Below, piece after piece: positions 47,022 through 56,883 of a DNA stretch of 64,000 nt. Below the pieces are notes generated by a model. That model was not told where the DNA came from. It made no database searches and saw only the letters and a list, made by a program, of their open reading frames with translations. This DNA is from an uncultured cyanobacterium. GTDB taxonomy: Bacteria > Cyanobacteriota > Cyanobacteriia > Cyanobacteriales > Nostocaceae. Positions within the stretch are counted from its first letter, which is position 1; every line of letters begins with the position of its first letter. The stretch is from assembly GCA_963740315.1 (NCBI GenBank), contig CAVUDP010000002.1:1824001-1888000 (forward strand), in the 5' to 3' direction. The translations under genes and the position numbers were made by a program.

Positions 47022-47516
47022 TTATTCTTCGGCTTTTTTAGTGTTACCTGCTTTTACCCAAGCTTCCTGCCCGCTGCTTTCAATGCGAATTTTCTGCCAA
47101 GTTTTATCATTGCTTAATTCCAAAACTATAACTTTTGCATTAAAGCCAATACCACCAAGACGTTCTGCATTAAGTTCTGGTTCCGCTCTTAAAATTAAAC
47201 CTTGGGGCCAAGTTACTGTAGCGGGGTAAGCACCCGGTGGTAATGGCTTTTCTGCTTCTTTTTCAGGTGTTTTTGTAACAGTAGGCTTTGCTTTGGCAGT
47301 AGTTTTTCCCGTTGAATTAGCAGCGATTGTTGCTCCTGGTGTAGGAGTTTTCGCAGCTTGAGCTTTTACTTCTGCTTTGTCATTAGAAAAAACTGGTTTT
47401 GGAGGATTGGCAGAAATTCGATTCATAAAATAAATTGCAAGTGCTGCACTACCACCTACCAAAATACCGATCGCTAATAAAACACCAAGTATTAACTTTA
47501 GTATGTTAGACAACAT
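47022..47516 (-). CDS. Membrane-anchored bacterial SH3-domain protein
   Basis: N-terminal TM helix, Pro/Thr linker, GLILRAEP...WQKI...AWVKAGN. Confidence 0.8.
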   Translation of the reverse strand: MLSNILKLILGVLLAIGILVGGSAALAIYFMNRISANPPKPVFSNDKAEVKAQAAKTPTPGATIAANSTGKTTAKAKPTVTKTPEKEAEKPLPPGAYPATVTWPQGLILRAEPELNAERLGGIGFNAKVIVLELSNDKTWQKIRIESSGQEAWVKAGNTKKAEE

Positions 47517-47774
47517 AGTAACTACCTCTTACCACTCGTGAGGGCAATAAAGTTCTGAGTGATGAATTATAACTTTTTACCATCGAATCCTCAATCATTA
47601 TTACATTTGAGGTTGAGTATGGTTGGTTTAAGAAGTACATTGAGAAATGGGCATTGGGGAATGGGCATGGGGCATTGGGTATTGAGTATAATATCTAATT
47701 AACAACGAAAGTTATAGAAAACCCGCCTTTTTTAGTAAAGCGGGATAACTTAACATAAATACTGAACACTAAAA

Positions 47775-49358
47775 CTACAATTTATCTGTGCGTATTACTC
47801 GCGCATCAAAACCGCGATCGCGCAAAAAGTATTGAGAATATTGTTTTGCGCCTTGAGAATCTGTAAACTCTCCGGCTTGAACAAATTTACCCAATTTTGT
47901 ATTGCGGATAAAGGCATCGGGTACGAAACGGCGTACTTCATCTAAAGTGTACGGACTAGTCATGGGTACAACTACAACGTAGCGATCGTCACTGATGACA
48001 ACGTTAGCTTTTTCTAATGCTTTCCAGGTTCGCGAATCTACGATTCCGTTAGAGGGTAATTCGTTAGAAAGCTGGAATTGTTTCACCGCTTCCCAAGTTG
48101 TATTTCCAAAGTAACTTGTAGGATTGCCTTTGAAATATTTTAACTCCTGCAACCTGAGTTGTAGTTTGGTGACGCACTCGCCTTTGTCACCTCGTTGAAG
48201 AACGGGTTTATCACATTTCTCTGGCTTAGTTTCCCCCACAGGACTAGTGTTGTCAATTTGTTGCCAAGTTTGCGGTCCCACAACGCCATCGGCAAACAGT
48301 CCCTTGTTTCGCTGGAATCGTTTTACAGCTTCCGCAGTCTGGTAATCATAATTACCGTTGGGATTGGATTTAAAATAACCCCAATGGCGCAATCTAGTTT
48401 GCAAATATGTTACGTAATTACTTTTATCGCCAGTCTGAAGAATCGGACATTTACCGCTACTGCAAGAACCAACGGTGAGAGGTAATACTGAAGAAGGCTT
48501 TGATTGTTGAATTGCTTTATCAATTGCTTGTTGAGTATTTGGACCAACAATTCCATCAACAGTTAGTTTCTTAGCTTTTTGGAATCGAACTACAGCATCT
48601 CTAGTGGCTGGACCATAATAACCACTCAACTTACCTTCAAAATATTTTAATTGCTGCAAACGCTTTTGTAACGATGTAACTTCCGCACCTCTGGAACCCA
48701 GACGAAGAATAGAGTTTTCACCGCCAACAGCATCATTACCTTTAGTTAAACTTTGCTCGATCGCAGCTAAAGTTCTTGAACTAGCAATTCCATCAACAGT
48801 TAAACCTTTGTTTTTTTGAAATCCGATTACAGCGTCTTTGGTAACTGGACCAAAATAACCACTAGGATTACCAACAAAGAAATTCAACTGCTTTAAATCA
48901 AGCTGAAGTTTTTTAACAGCTTCGCCGCGACTGCCAAGTTGAACCACACCCGATTGATCGGAACATTTAGACTGAAGAATTTTTTGTGTATTGCTGCCTA
49001 CAACACCATCAGTTGTGAGTCCGTTGTCTTTCTGAAACTTAATTACAGCACTTTTAGTTGTCGAACCGTAGTAACCAGTCACTGAAGCATTAAAGTAATC
49101 TAATTCCTTCAAACACTTCTGAATAGTTGTAACTGATGCACCTTTACGTCCATATTTATCTAATGCTAAAGCTTGTCCGACGCTACTCAAACAGAATAAA
49201 GTTAGCGCCACAGATAAAAGACGCATAGCAGCGAAACTAGGCAGCTTTTTGCGATTAAGTCCCGCAAAAATATTGAAATCGAATCGGAAAGGAACAATCT
49301 CGGTACTTTCGGGTGCTTCATAGCTTGAAGCAGCGTGAATATAGCCAATATTTTCCAT
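47775..49358 (-). CDS. Multi-PG_binding_1 protein, paralogue of 44884-46494
   Basis: Five PG-binding repeats (DGVVG.NT) and the same RYVVVVP...LRDRGFDARV C-terminus. Confidence 0.87.
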   Translation of the reverse strand: MENIGYIHAASSYEAPESTEIVPFRFDFNIFAGLNRKKLPSFAAMRLLSVALTLFCLSSVGQALALDKYGRKGASVTTIQKCLKELDYFNASVTGYYGSTTKSAVIKFQKDNGLTTDGVVGSNTQKILQSKCSDQSGVVQLGSRGEAVKKLQLDLKQLNFFVGNPSGYFGPVTKDAVIGFQKNKGLTVDGIASSRTLAAIEQSLTKGNDAVGGENSILRLGSRGAEVTSLQKRLQQLKYFEGKLSGYYGPATRDAVVRFQKAKKLTVDGIVGPNTQQAIDKAIQQSKPSSVLPLTVGSCSSGKCPILQTGDKSNYVTYLQTRLRHWGYFKSNPNGNYDYQTAEAVKRFQRNKGLFADGVVGPQTWQQIDNTSPVGETKPEKCDKPVLQRGDKGECVTKLQLRLQELKYFKGNPTSYFGNTTWEAVKQFQLSNELPSNGIVDSRTWKALEKANVVISDDRYVVVVPMTSPYTLDEVRRFVPDAFIRNTKLGKFVQAGEFTDSQGAKQYSQYFLRDRGFDARVIRTDKL

Positions 49359-49619
49359 AATGCGAGTTAAGAAGGGGGTTGATTAGTTATTTACGAGGCG
49401 CGGAATCGAGGCGTACCGAACGTCAAGTAATCATCCCTGATGTATTTATCGATGAATAAAAATACTCTAAATTTGAGCATTTTTTTTATATCATTGCCAC
49501 GTAAACTTCTGCCTGAAGATACGTTTCGCAGACAAAATATAAATATTCTTCAAGTTAGCTAAGGATTACATAAAGAAACCCAGTTTGAAAATTAGATATT
49601 GACCAAAAAAACCAGGCTT

Positions 49620-49873
49620 CTAGTGCTTTGTCCCATAAAAAATGCCGGGTGAGGGTAAGCAGGGGGAGCGGAGGAAGCAGGGGAGCAGGGGAAGAAAAAG
49701 CTTTTTGTTTTCAAACTACACCTATCAAAATTAATGGGACAGACCACTCACTAGTAGTCTTTTTCATTAAATTTGATGGGTTTGTAGTAAGGACTTCAGT
49801 CCCTCCGGATTTGGTGCTAAAGCACTTACTACGAACCTTTATTACCCTCAAAACTAATGGGACACATTACTAG
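49620..49873. mobile_element. Two MITE-like units in tandem joined at CTAG
   Basis: CTAG at 49620, 49751 and 49870; TIRs TGTCCCAT.../...TAATGGGACA; the second unit carries GTTTGTAGTAAG...CTTACTACGAAC. Confidence 0.65.
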
Positions 49874-50103
49874 AAACAAAGTAAGTATTATTGACGAGAG
49901 CAATTGCAATTAATAATTAGAATTTTTACTTATCGCAAAATAGACTTTTTAATCTACGTGATATTACTAATATTATAGCAATATATATTAACTAAATTGT
50001 AAAAATTATTACTTGTACTTAAATATATAACCTTAAAAAGGCATTGGTCATTGGTCATATATTAACCTTTGACCTTTGACCTTTGACCTTTAACCTACTC
50101 CTA

Positions 50104-51615
50104 CTAAAACTGCTGTTGAATCCTGTCACTCAAGGGATTATGCTTTGATGCCAGACGTGCCCTTCCGGAAGCAGCCCATTGACGCAGTTGCTCGATTTTC
50201 TCTTTAGCAGTTCTAGCTAAAGGTATAATTTGACTCGCAGCTTCTAAAATATCGTCTGTAGTAAAGTCGCGGTTTTGGCTAAAGCCGATGTGCATGGCTT
50301 CAACTAATGTTTGCTCGATTTCTGCACCGGAAAAATCGGGCGTTTCGTAGGCTAATCTATCAATGTCGTACTCTTTGATATTATGGGGACGCAATCGCGA
50401 TAAATGCACGTTAAAAATGGCTTTTCTTTCTTCTTGTATAGGTAAACCGACGAAGAATATTTCATCAAATCTACCTTTACGCAACAATTCCGGCGGTAAG
50501 TCTTGAATCTCGTTGGCAGTGGCAACTACAAATACAGGTGAGGTTTTCTCCGCCATCCAGGTAATAAATGTACCAAATACTCTGCTAGTAGTTCCCCCGT
50601 CGCCTTTGCTACCAAGTCCGGAAAAGGCTTTGTCTATTTCATCTATCCATAAAATACACGGTGAGAGGGCTTCAGATAGCTGTATCATTTGGCGAGTACG
50701 AGATTCCGATTCACCTACCAAACCGCCGAATAATCTGCCTACATCCAAGCGTAATAAAGGTAAATGCCAATGATGCGCGATCGCCTTTGCAGTTAATGAT
50801 TTACCAGTACCTTGAATACCTACCAACAGCAAACCTCTCGGATGGGGTAAACCATATTGTCGAGCTTTTTCGCTGAAACCACCACCTCTTCTTAATAACC
50901 AATCTTTGAGATTATCTAATCCACCAATATCGGAAATTTGTTCTGTAGCGGGGATAAAATCGAGGATTTGAGTTTGACGGATAGTTTGACGCTTCTCCTG
51001 TAAAACTAACTCCACATCTTCCGCTTGTAATTCTCCACGTGCGGCAATCGCTCTCGATAAAACCCGGCGAATCCTTTCCATACTCAAGCCTTGAGCCGAA
51101 CGAACTAATTCATTTAAAACTTGATTTGGCAGAGAATTATTAGTAGCGGCTAATAGTCTTTCGATTTCGGTTTGGATTTCTATAGCGCTAGGTAAAGCGA
51201 ATTCCACCACCGTCAACACTTCGGTTAAATCATCGGGAATGGCAACACGCGGTGAAAGTATGACAATATTTTTTGGTTGCGATTTTAATAAACGGGCTAA
51301 ATTGCGGAGTTTGCGGGAAATTGCCACGTCATCCAAAAATCGATGAAAATCCCGGAGAATTAATATAGCAGGTGCGGAAGCGTGTAATTTTTCTACAAAT
51401 TCCAAAGCTTGTAGAGGATTGCGTCTGCCGAAACCCGCATCGTTAGGATTACCTTGATAACCGTCAACAAAATCCCAAGTGTAGACTTGACGGTTGCCTT
51501 GTTTGCTGGCTTCTTCCCGAATTACGGCTTCTAAACGCTCTTCTTCCTGAGTGGGAATATAAATTAAAGAGTAGCGAGCGCGTAATAGTAGTTTAAACTC
51601 TTCGCGGAATGTCAT
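50104..51615 (-). CDS. ycf46: Ycf46-family AAA+ ATPase
   Basis: GIQGTGKS Walker A, LWIDEIDK Walker B, PPELLRKGRFDEIFFV; Ycf46-like N-terminus. Confidence 0.85.
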   Translation of the reverse strand: MTFREEFKLLLRARYSLIYIPTQEEERLEAVIREEASKQGNRQVYTWDFVDGYQGNPNDAGFGRRNPLQALEFVEKLHASAPAILILRDFHRFLDDVAISRKLRNLARLLKSQPKNIVILSPRVAIPDDLTEVLTVVEFALPSAIEIQTEIERLLAATNNSLPNQVLNELVRSAQGLSMERIRRVLSRAIAARGELQAEDVELVLQEKRQTIRQTQILDFIPATEQISDIGGLDNLKDWLLRRGGGFSEKARQYGLPHPRGLLLVGIQGTGKSLTAKAIAHHWHLPLLRLDVGRLFGGLVGESESRTRQMIQLSEALSPCILWIDEIDKAFSGLGSKGDGGTTSRVFGTFITWMAEKTSPVFVVATANEIQDLPPELLRKGRFDEIFFVGLPIQEERKAIFNVHLSRLRPHNIKEYDIDRLAYETPDFSGAEIEQTLVEAMHIGFSQNRDFTTDDILEAASQIIPLARTAKEKIEQLRQWAASGRARLASKHNPLSDRIQQQF

Positions 51616-51791
51616 AGTTGTTTTTTTAGTTGTTTATTTTATTGTTTAGGTTTTTATTGCGTTTGTTAAATAAGAATGATTAACCCTTCTATTCGCGGAG
51701 GGCGCTGAGGAAGAGTTTTGAGAGCGGTTTTAAATTTATCAGCTAAAAATCTCGATATATTTTCTTTATTCGTTGGTATGACTTAAATTTA

Positions 51792-51818
51792 TGAGACGTA
51801 GCAGTGCTACGTCTCTAC
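51792..51818. repeat. GTAG-type REP palindrome
   Basis: GAGACGTAGCAGTGCTACGTCTCTAC perfect hairpin; a related half-site is at about 3087. Confidence 0.7.
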
Positions 51819-51830
51819 ATTAGTTATTTT

Positions 51831-52661
51831 TTAGGAATTGTTATCTAGCCAGGTGGTTAAATCATTTTGGTTGGAAAAATCTAACAGTGCTTCTCCTAAG
51901 TCTTCTAATTGAGTCGTAGATAAAGCATTGACACGCTGTTGAATTTCTGAATTCAAGTTACTAATACGACGGTTAAGTAAACGCATGGTGTATTGCAATG
52001 CTTCTTGTTTCTTACCTATTTGTTCTCCTATGAGAATAATATCCTGATAAATCACTGATTCTTGCATAATTTCCTCTCGAAATAGTTGATTAATTAAATT
52101 TCTGTCAAATCGTAATCCGGCTAAGATTTGGGTGCAGGCTGAGATATTTTTTTGTGCTTCGCTTTCCTCAATCATATCTACCGCATTTGCAACTTGCTGT
52201 AATAAGCTTTCAGGTGAATTACTTTTTGCTAATGCTGCAAGCGGTAGAAGGGCAGGATTATTTAATAAAGGTGCGGCATCTTGTTCCCATAAGCGAATCA
52301 CTCGATATCTGTGACGGGTATTTGTATCTACATATTCTGTCTTGAACACCATTTCCGAATTGCTGGGTTGCAGGAAAATTATTACTTGTTCGATGTCACA
52401 CCAATATATTTGCTTCAATCTGATGTAGTAATTGAGCATTCGGAAGTCGAGAGGTGGTGTTGATTTTGGTTGGGTTTGAAATTCTATGTGAAGAATTTGG
52501 TTGGCATTTTTCAGAAATGTTACCGAATCGGCGCGAATTGGTTCCAGGTTGAGTTCGGTTTTAAGTACTTGCATATCTGAAGTATCGGTGGAGAGCAGCC
52601 AGTTTGCGAACTCTGCGGGGTAGGTTTCGGCGAGGTATTTGCAGGTGTTGTCGTAAGCCAA
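51831..52661 (-). CDS. Rpn-family (PD-(D/E)xK, recombination-promoting nuclease/putative transposase) protein with DUF4351-like C-terminus
   Basis: YDNTCKYLAE, IRADSV...HIEFQT, RMLNY, C-terminal LEDLGEALLDF. Confidence 0.88.
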   Translation of the reverse strand: MAYDNTCKYLAETYPAEFANWLLSTDTSDMQVLKTELNLEPIRADSVTFLKNANQILHIEFQTQPKSTPPLDFRMLNYYIRLKQIYWCDIEQVIIFLQPSNSEMVFKTEYVDTNTRHRYRVIRLWEQDAAPLLNNPALLPLAALAKSNSPESLLQQVANAVDMIEESEAQKNISACTQILAGLRFDRNLINQLFREEIMQESVIYQDIILIGEQIGKKQEALQYTMRLLNRRISNLNSEIQQRVNALSTTQLEDLGEALLDFSNQNDLTTWLDNNS

Positions 52662-52717
52662 GAGTCAGTTAACAATTATCAATGAACAATTATCAATATT
52701 TCATGTTTTGTATTCTT

Positions 52718-52786
52718 GTAGGGTGAGTGACGGTTACGGTAATTTATCACCTACAGCGAAATGATTTGAAATTACCGTCACGCACC
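52718..52786. repeat. GTAG-type REP-like inverted repeat
   Basis: GTAGGGTGAGTGACGGT...ACCGTCACGCACC. Confidence 0.55.
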
Positions 52787-52894
52787 ATTTTTTTGAAAGC
52801 ATCATTACTCGCTTCTCAGTAATTTTTCGTAATCGTAAGTAATGTTACTGAATCATTATGCTAGTAACTTAGCTATTTCTGCTTATATCTAACT

Positions 52895-55800
52895 ATGAAC
52901 GAACAGCGCCGAGATGCTTACCTCAATTTGATTCAGCAATTGCACAATTGTGTTAGTGGAAAAGAAAGGGAAATATTAGCAGCGAATCGAGATTTAATTG
53001 ATGCTGAGTTTTTACTGGTGATGGAAGTTGTAGCAAAGATGATGTCGGAGAAAGGTAATCAAAATACTGCGAATTGGTTGAGGAATTTGGGAAATCAATT
53101 AGCTGAGTATTTGAATCAATCTTCTTCACCAGCGCAGTTAGAAAATTTAAGTAAGCAAGAGTTTCAAGCTTATTTCCAATTTTTAATGTTAGTACTGCAA
53201 ACAATATGGAAAAGTGGTGCAGATACTAAGATTGTTTACCCTTTACTTGCTGCCAATACAGATAAGCTCGATGGTATTTTTGCTGAAATGTTACGACTTT
53301 GGGCAATAAATACTTTTGAGAAAGCAGAAGCGGATGCAACTAAATCTATTGCAGCAAATATTATTAATTTTAGTAATATTTATTTTGCTATTTTTAATTT
53401 TGGTGCTTTGATTCAGGAGTTTCCTTTGGGTGATAAATCTATTAATATGGAAATTGCTATTGCTAGTTGTGAAACCGCCCTGAAAGTATTGACCCAAAAA
53501 GTTTTACCAGGAATTTGGGCTACGACTCAATATAATTTAGGCTTAGCTTACAGTAACAGAATTAAAGGTGATAAAGCAAAAAATATTGAGCTAGCCATTC
53601 AATCCTACAAACAAGCTTTGCAAGTTGGAACCCAAGAAGCTTTTCCCCAAGATTGGGCGAAGACCCAACACAATTTAGCCATAGCTTACATTGACAGAAT
53701 CAAAGGCGATAAAGCCGAAAACATTGAACTAGCTATTCAATCCTGCAAACAAGCTTTGCAAGTTAGAACCCAGGAAGCTTTCTCCCAAAAATGGGCACAG
53801 ACCCAACACAATTTAGCCACAACTTGCATTGACAGAATCAAAGGTGATAAAGCAGAAAATATTGAACTAGCAATTCAATCCTACAAACAAGTTTTGCAGA
53901 TAATAACTCAGGAAGCTTTCCCCCAAAAATGGGCACAGACACAAAACAATTTAGCCAATGCTTACGGTAACAGAATCAAAGGTGATAAAGCAGAAAATAT
54001 TGAACTAGCCATTCAATCCTGCAAACAAGCTTTGCAAGTTGGAACCCAAGAAGCTTTCCCCCAAGATTGGGCAACGACGCAAATTAATTTAGGCTTAGCT
54101 TACAGTGAGAGAATCAAAGGTGATAAAGCCGAAAATATTGAACTAGCTATTTCTTTCTACAATGCTGCTTTGCAAGTCTACACCCAGGAAGCTTTCCCTC
54201 AAAAATGGGCACTGACGCAAAATAATTTAGCCGTAACTTACAGGAGCAGAATCAAAGGTGATAAAGCCGAAAATATTGAACTAGCTATTCAATCCTACAA
54301 ACAAGCTTTGCAAGTCTACACCCAGGAAGCTTTCCCCCAAAAATGGGCACTGACGCAAAATAATTTAGCCAATGCTTACGGTGACAGAATCAAAGGTGAT
54401 AAAGCCGAAAATATTGAACTAGCTATTCAATCCTACGAAGTTGCTCTGCAAGTTAGAACTCAGCAAGCTTTACCACAAGAGTGGGCACAGACGCAAAATA
54501 ATTTAGCCGTAACTTACAGGAGCAGAATCAAAGGTGATAAAGCCGAAAACATTGAAAAAACAATTCAATTCTCCCAAGCTGCTTTGTTAGTTCTAACCCA
54601 GGAAGCTTTCCCCAAAGAAAATGCACAAACATTATTAAACTTAGGGATGTCTTATCAAGATGAAGGTCAATTTGATCTTGCTTACAATACCTATGAATCG
54701 GCTATTACAACAGTAGAGTTATTGCGCGGTGAAATTATATCCGGTGAGGAAAGCAAGCGCAAGCAAGCGGAGGAATGGAATCGACTTTATGGCAATATGG
54801 CAGAAGTTTGTTTGCAGTTACAAGAAGAAACTCTAGCAATAGAATATGCCGAGCGCAGCAAAACCCGTAACTTAGTTGAACTTATCCTCGATCGCGATCG
54901 CAAAACTATCTTCCCCCCAAATGTAGTTACTCAACTTGAACAACTCCGAGATGAAATAGCAAAGGGACAGTATCAAATCCAAAACAGCAAAGCCGAAAAT
55001 CCCAAAGCTTTAGCTCAACATCTTCAGGAATTACGACAACAGAAAAAGAGTATAGAAGATAAATATTTACCTGTTGCCTCTGGTTTCAACTTTGAGATAT
55101 TCCAAGCAACTTTAGACAAAAATACAGCAGTTATTGAATGGTACATTACCAATACAAGCTTAGAAACTTTTATTATTACCTCTGATAATCTTCAAAGATT
55201 GAACTCATCTACATCCACCGATCGTTTAGAAGCTTTAGAAAATTGGAATTTCAATTATTTGAATGCATATTACAGGGAAAAAACCCAGTGGATAAATAAT
55301 CTCGCTGATTATCTAACTCAACTTGCAGAAATCTTAAATATAGAAGAAATACTCAAACTAATACCACAAAATTGTTCTCATCTAATTCTTATTCCCCATC
55401 GCTACCTACACTTATTCCCACTTCACGCACTACCTTTAACTGATGCTGGTTTCCTGTACGATAAATTCTCAGATGGTGTAAGTTATGCTCCCAGTTGTCA
55501 ATTACTACAACAAATAAATTTACGAAAAAGAGTTGATTTCAAATCACTATTCGCTATTCAAAACCCTACAGAAAATTTAGATTACACCGATTTAGAAGTA
55601 GAAACTATTTCATCGCTATTTACTGACAAAAAAGTATTATCTAAAAAACAAGCTACTCAAACAGCTTTATCTCAAGCTTCATTCCAAATTCAACAGACGA
55701 ATTATCTTCACTTTTCCTGTCATGGTACATTTAACTTAATTTCCCCTCAAAATTCTTGTTTACTCTTAGCTGGTGCAGTTGAAAACGATAAATTACATTT

Positions 55801-56254
55801 AAGTAAATGCCTAACTTTAGGTAACTTATTTGAACGGGATTTCAACCTTAATCAATGTCGTCTTGTCGTCCTTTCAGCTTGCGAAACTGGCTTGATTGAC
55901 TTCCAAAATACCAGTGACGAATATATTGGTTTACCTAGCGGTTTCTTATATGCTGGTAGTTCTAGCGTAGTCAGTAGTTTATGGAGGGTAAACGATTTAT
56001 CAACCTCATTTTTAATGATAAAATTCATTCAAAATCTAAAGGATATAGAAGATATTTCTGTACCAGTTGCTTTAAATCAAGCCCAAATTTGGCTGAGAAA
56101 TGCCACGAAGGAAGATTTACAGGAATGGGCTAATAATTTACCTTTAGACAGTACAAAGAAAGGAAAAATACGTCGTCAGCTTAGAAATACAACTGTAGAA
56201 AAACCATTTAACTCGCCTTTTCATTGGGCTGCATTTACTGCTGTAGGAAAATAG
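52895..56254 (+). CDS. TPR-repeat CHAT (caspase-like C14 clan) protease
   Basis: N-terminal helical domain, eight 46-aa TPR-like repeats, ERSKTR linker, catalytic His (LHFSCHG) and Cys (VVLSACETG), SSLWRV, C-terminal SPFHWAAF. Confidence 0.93.
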   Translation: MNEQRRDAYLNLIQQLHNCVSGKEREILAANRDLIDAEFLLVMEVVAKMMSEKGNQNTANWLRNLGNQLAEYLNQSSSPAQLENLSKQEFQAYFQFLMLVLQTIWKSGADTKIVYPLLAANTDKLDGIFAEMLRLWAINTFEKAEADATKSIAANIINFSNIYFAIFNFGALIQEFPLGDKSINMEIAIASCETALKVLTQKVLPGIWATTQYNLGLAYSNRIKGDKAKNIELAIQSYKQALQVGTQEAFPQDWAKTQHNLAIAYIDRIKGDKAENIELAIQSCKQALQVRTQEAFSQKWAQTQHNLATTCIDRIKGDKAENIELAIQSYKQVLQIITQEAFPQKWAQTQNNLANAYGNRIKGDKAENIELAIQSCKQALQVGTQEAFPQDWATTQINLGLAYSERIKGDKAENIELAISFYNAALQVYTQEAFPQKWALTQNNLAVTYRSRIKGDKAENIELAIQSYKQALQVYTQEAFPQKWALTQNNLANAYGDRIKGDKAENIELAIQSYEVALQVRTQQALPQEWAQTQNNLAVTYRSRIKGDKAENIEKTIQFSQAALLVLTQEAFPKENAQTLLNLGMSYQDEGQFDLAYNTYESAITTVELLRGEIISGEESKRKQAEEWNRLYGNMAEVCLQLQEETLAIEYAERSKTRNLVELILDRDRKTIFPPNVVTQLEQLRDEIAKGQYQIQNSKAENPKALAQHLQELRQQKKSIEDKYLPVASGFNFEIFQATLDKNTAVIEWYITNTSLETFIITSDNLQRLNSSTSTDRLEALENWNFNYLNAYYREKTQWINNLADYLTQLAEILNIEEILKLIPQNCSHLILIPHRYLHLFPLHALPLTDAGFLYDKFSDGVSYAPSCQLLQQINLRKRVDFKSLFAIQNPTENLDYTDLEVETISSLFTDKKVLSKKQATQTALSQASFQIQQTNYLHFSCHGTFNLISPQNSCLLLAGAVENDKLHLSKCLTLGNLFERDFNLNQCRLVVLSACETGLIDFQNTSDEYIGLPSGFLYAGSSSVVSSLWRVNDLSTSFLMIKFIQNLKDIEDISVPVALNQAQIWLRNATKEDLQEWANNLPLDSTKKGKIRRQLRNTTVEKPFNSPFHWAAFTAVGK
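53516..54619 (+). repeat. Eight near-identical 138-bp intragenic repeats (TPR units)
   Basis: The Trp codon recurs every 138 bp (53516, 53654 ... 54482); constant RIKGDKAENIELAI core. Confidence 0.95.
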
Positions 56255-56267
56255 GAGGATAATTAAT

Positions 56268-56612
56268 ATGATGTCTGATTATGAAGTCACGGTGAACAAT
56301 TTTATCCATTTGCTTAAAACTCAGCCTAACTTGTTCTCAAAAGAAGAAAATACTAAATTAATTCAATTGCTTAATTCTCAATCTGATGATATTCAATCTC
56401 TCTCGAATACAATTTCAGATTGGTGTGAGAAACATCCGCAAGTAGATGATGCTTTAGCTGAGCTTGAAGGTAATGTCACAGAAAGAGCGCCTGGAAGCAC
56501 TAAAGCTAATTCTAATATTCCTAAATATGAACAGGATCAAAGAACTTTAATTAATGCTATTCAACAAAGTTCAGTTACTGAATCGGATGATAAGAAGAAC
56601 GACAAAAGTTGA
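56268..56612 (+). CDS. Small CHAT-associated protein, allele A (CATASP-like position)
   Basis: 13 bp after the CHAT stop, with an AGGAGG RBS; clear paralogue at 58477-58818. Confidence 0.8.
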   Translation: MMSDYEVTVNNFIHLLKTQPNLFSKEENTKLIQLLNSQSDDIQSLSNTISDWCEKHPQVDDALAELEGNVTERAPGSTKANSNIPKYEQDQRTLINAIQQSSVTESDDKKNDKS

Positions 56613-56658
56613 TTTGTAAGCCCGTTAATCCACCTACGGTTGCAAACCGCAGGCTAAT

Positions 56659-56858
56659 AGCAAAAGTCTTATAAATAAGACTGAAAAAATATTAGTCCAT
56701 TTTAATGGACTTCTGCTATTAGACTTGGAATTGCATTCCAAGGCGGTTTAGGATGATAATAAAATAACAGCAAAAGTCTTATAAATAAGACTGAAAAATT
56801 ATTAGTCCATTTCAATGGACTTCTGCTATTAGACTTGGAATTGCATTCCAAGGCGGTT
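56659..56858. repeat. Two tandem ~90-bp REP-like hairpin units (110-bp period)
   Basis: AGCAAAAGTCTTATAAATAAGACTG...AGTCCATT..AATGGACT...TTGGAATTGCATTCCAAGGCGGTT at 56659 and 56769. Confidence 0.85.
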
Positions 56859-56883
56859 ATGATTAATAATAAATCATTCTACA

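Noticed and set aside
49628..49873. 81-aa ORF
   Set aside because: Lies entirely within tandem MITE-like units.
56659..56858. Possible CRISPR or ncRNA array inside the CHAT operon
   Set aside because: Units are about 90 bp and nearly identical with only about 20 nt between them, and the family recurs elsewhere in the window as a dispersed repeat.
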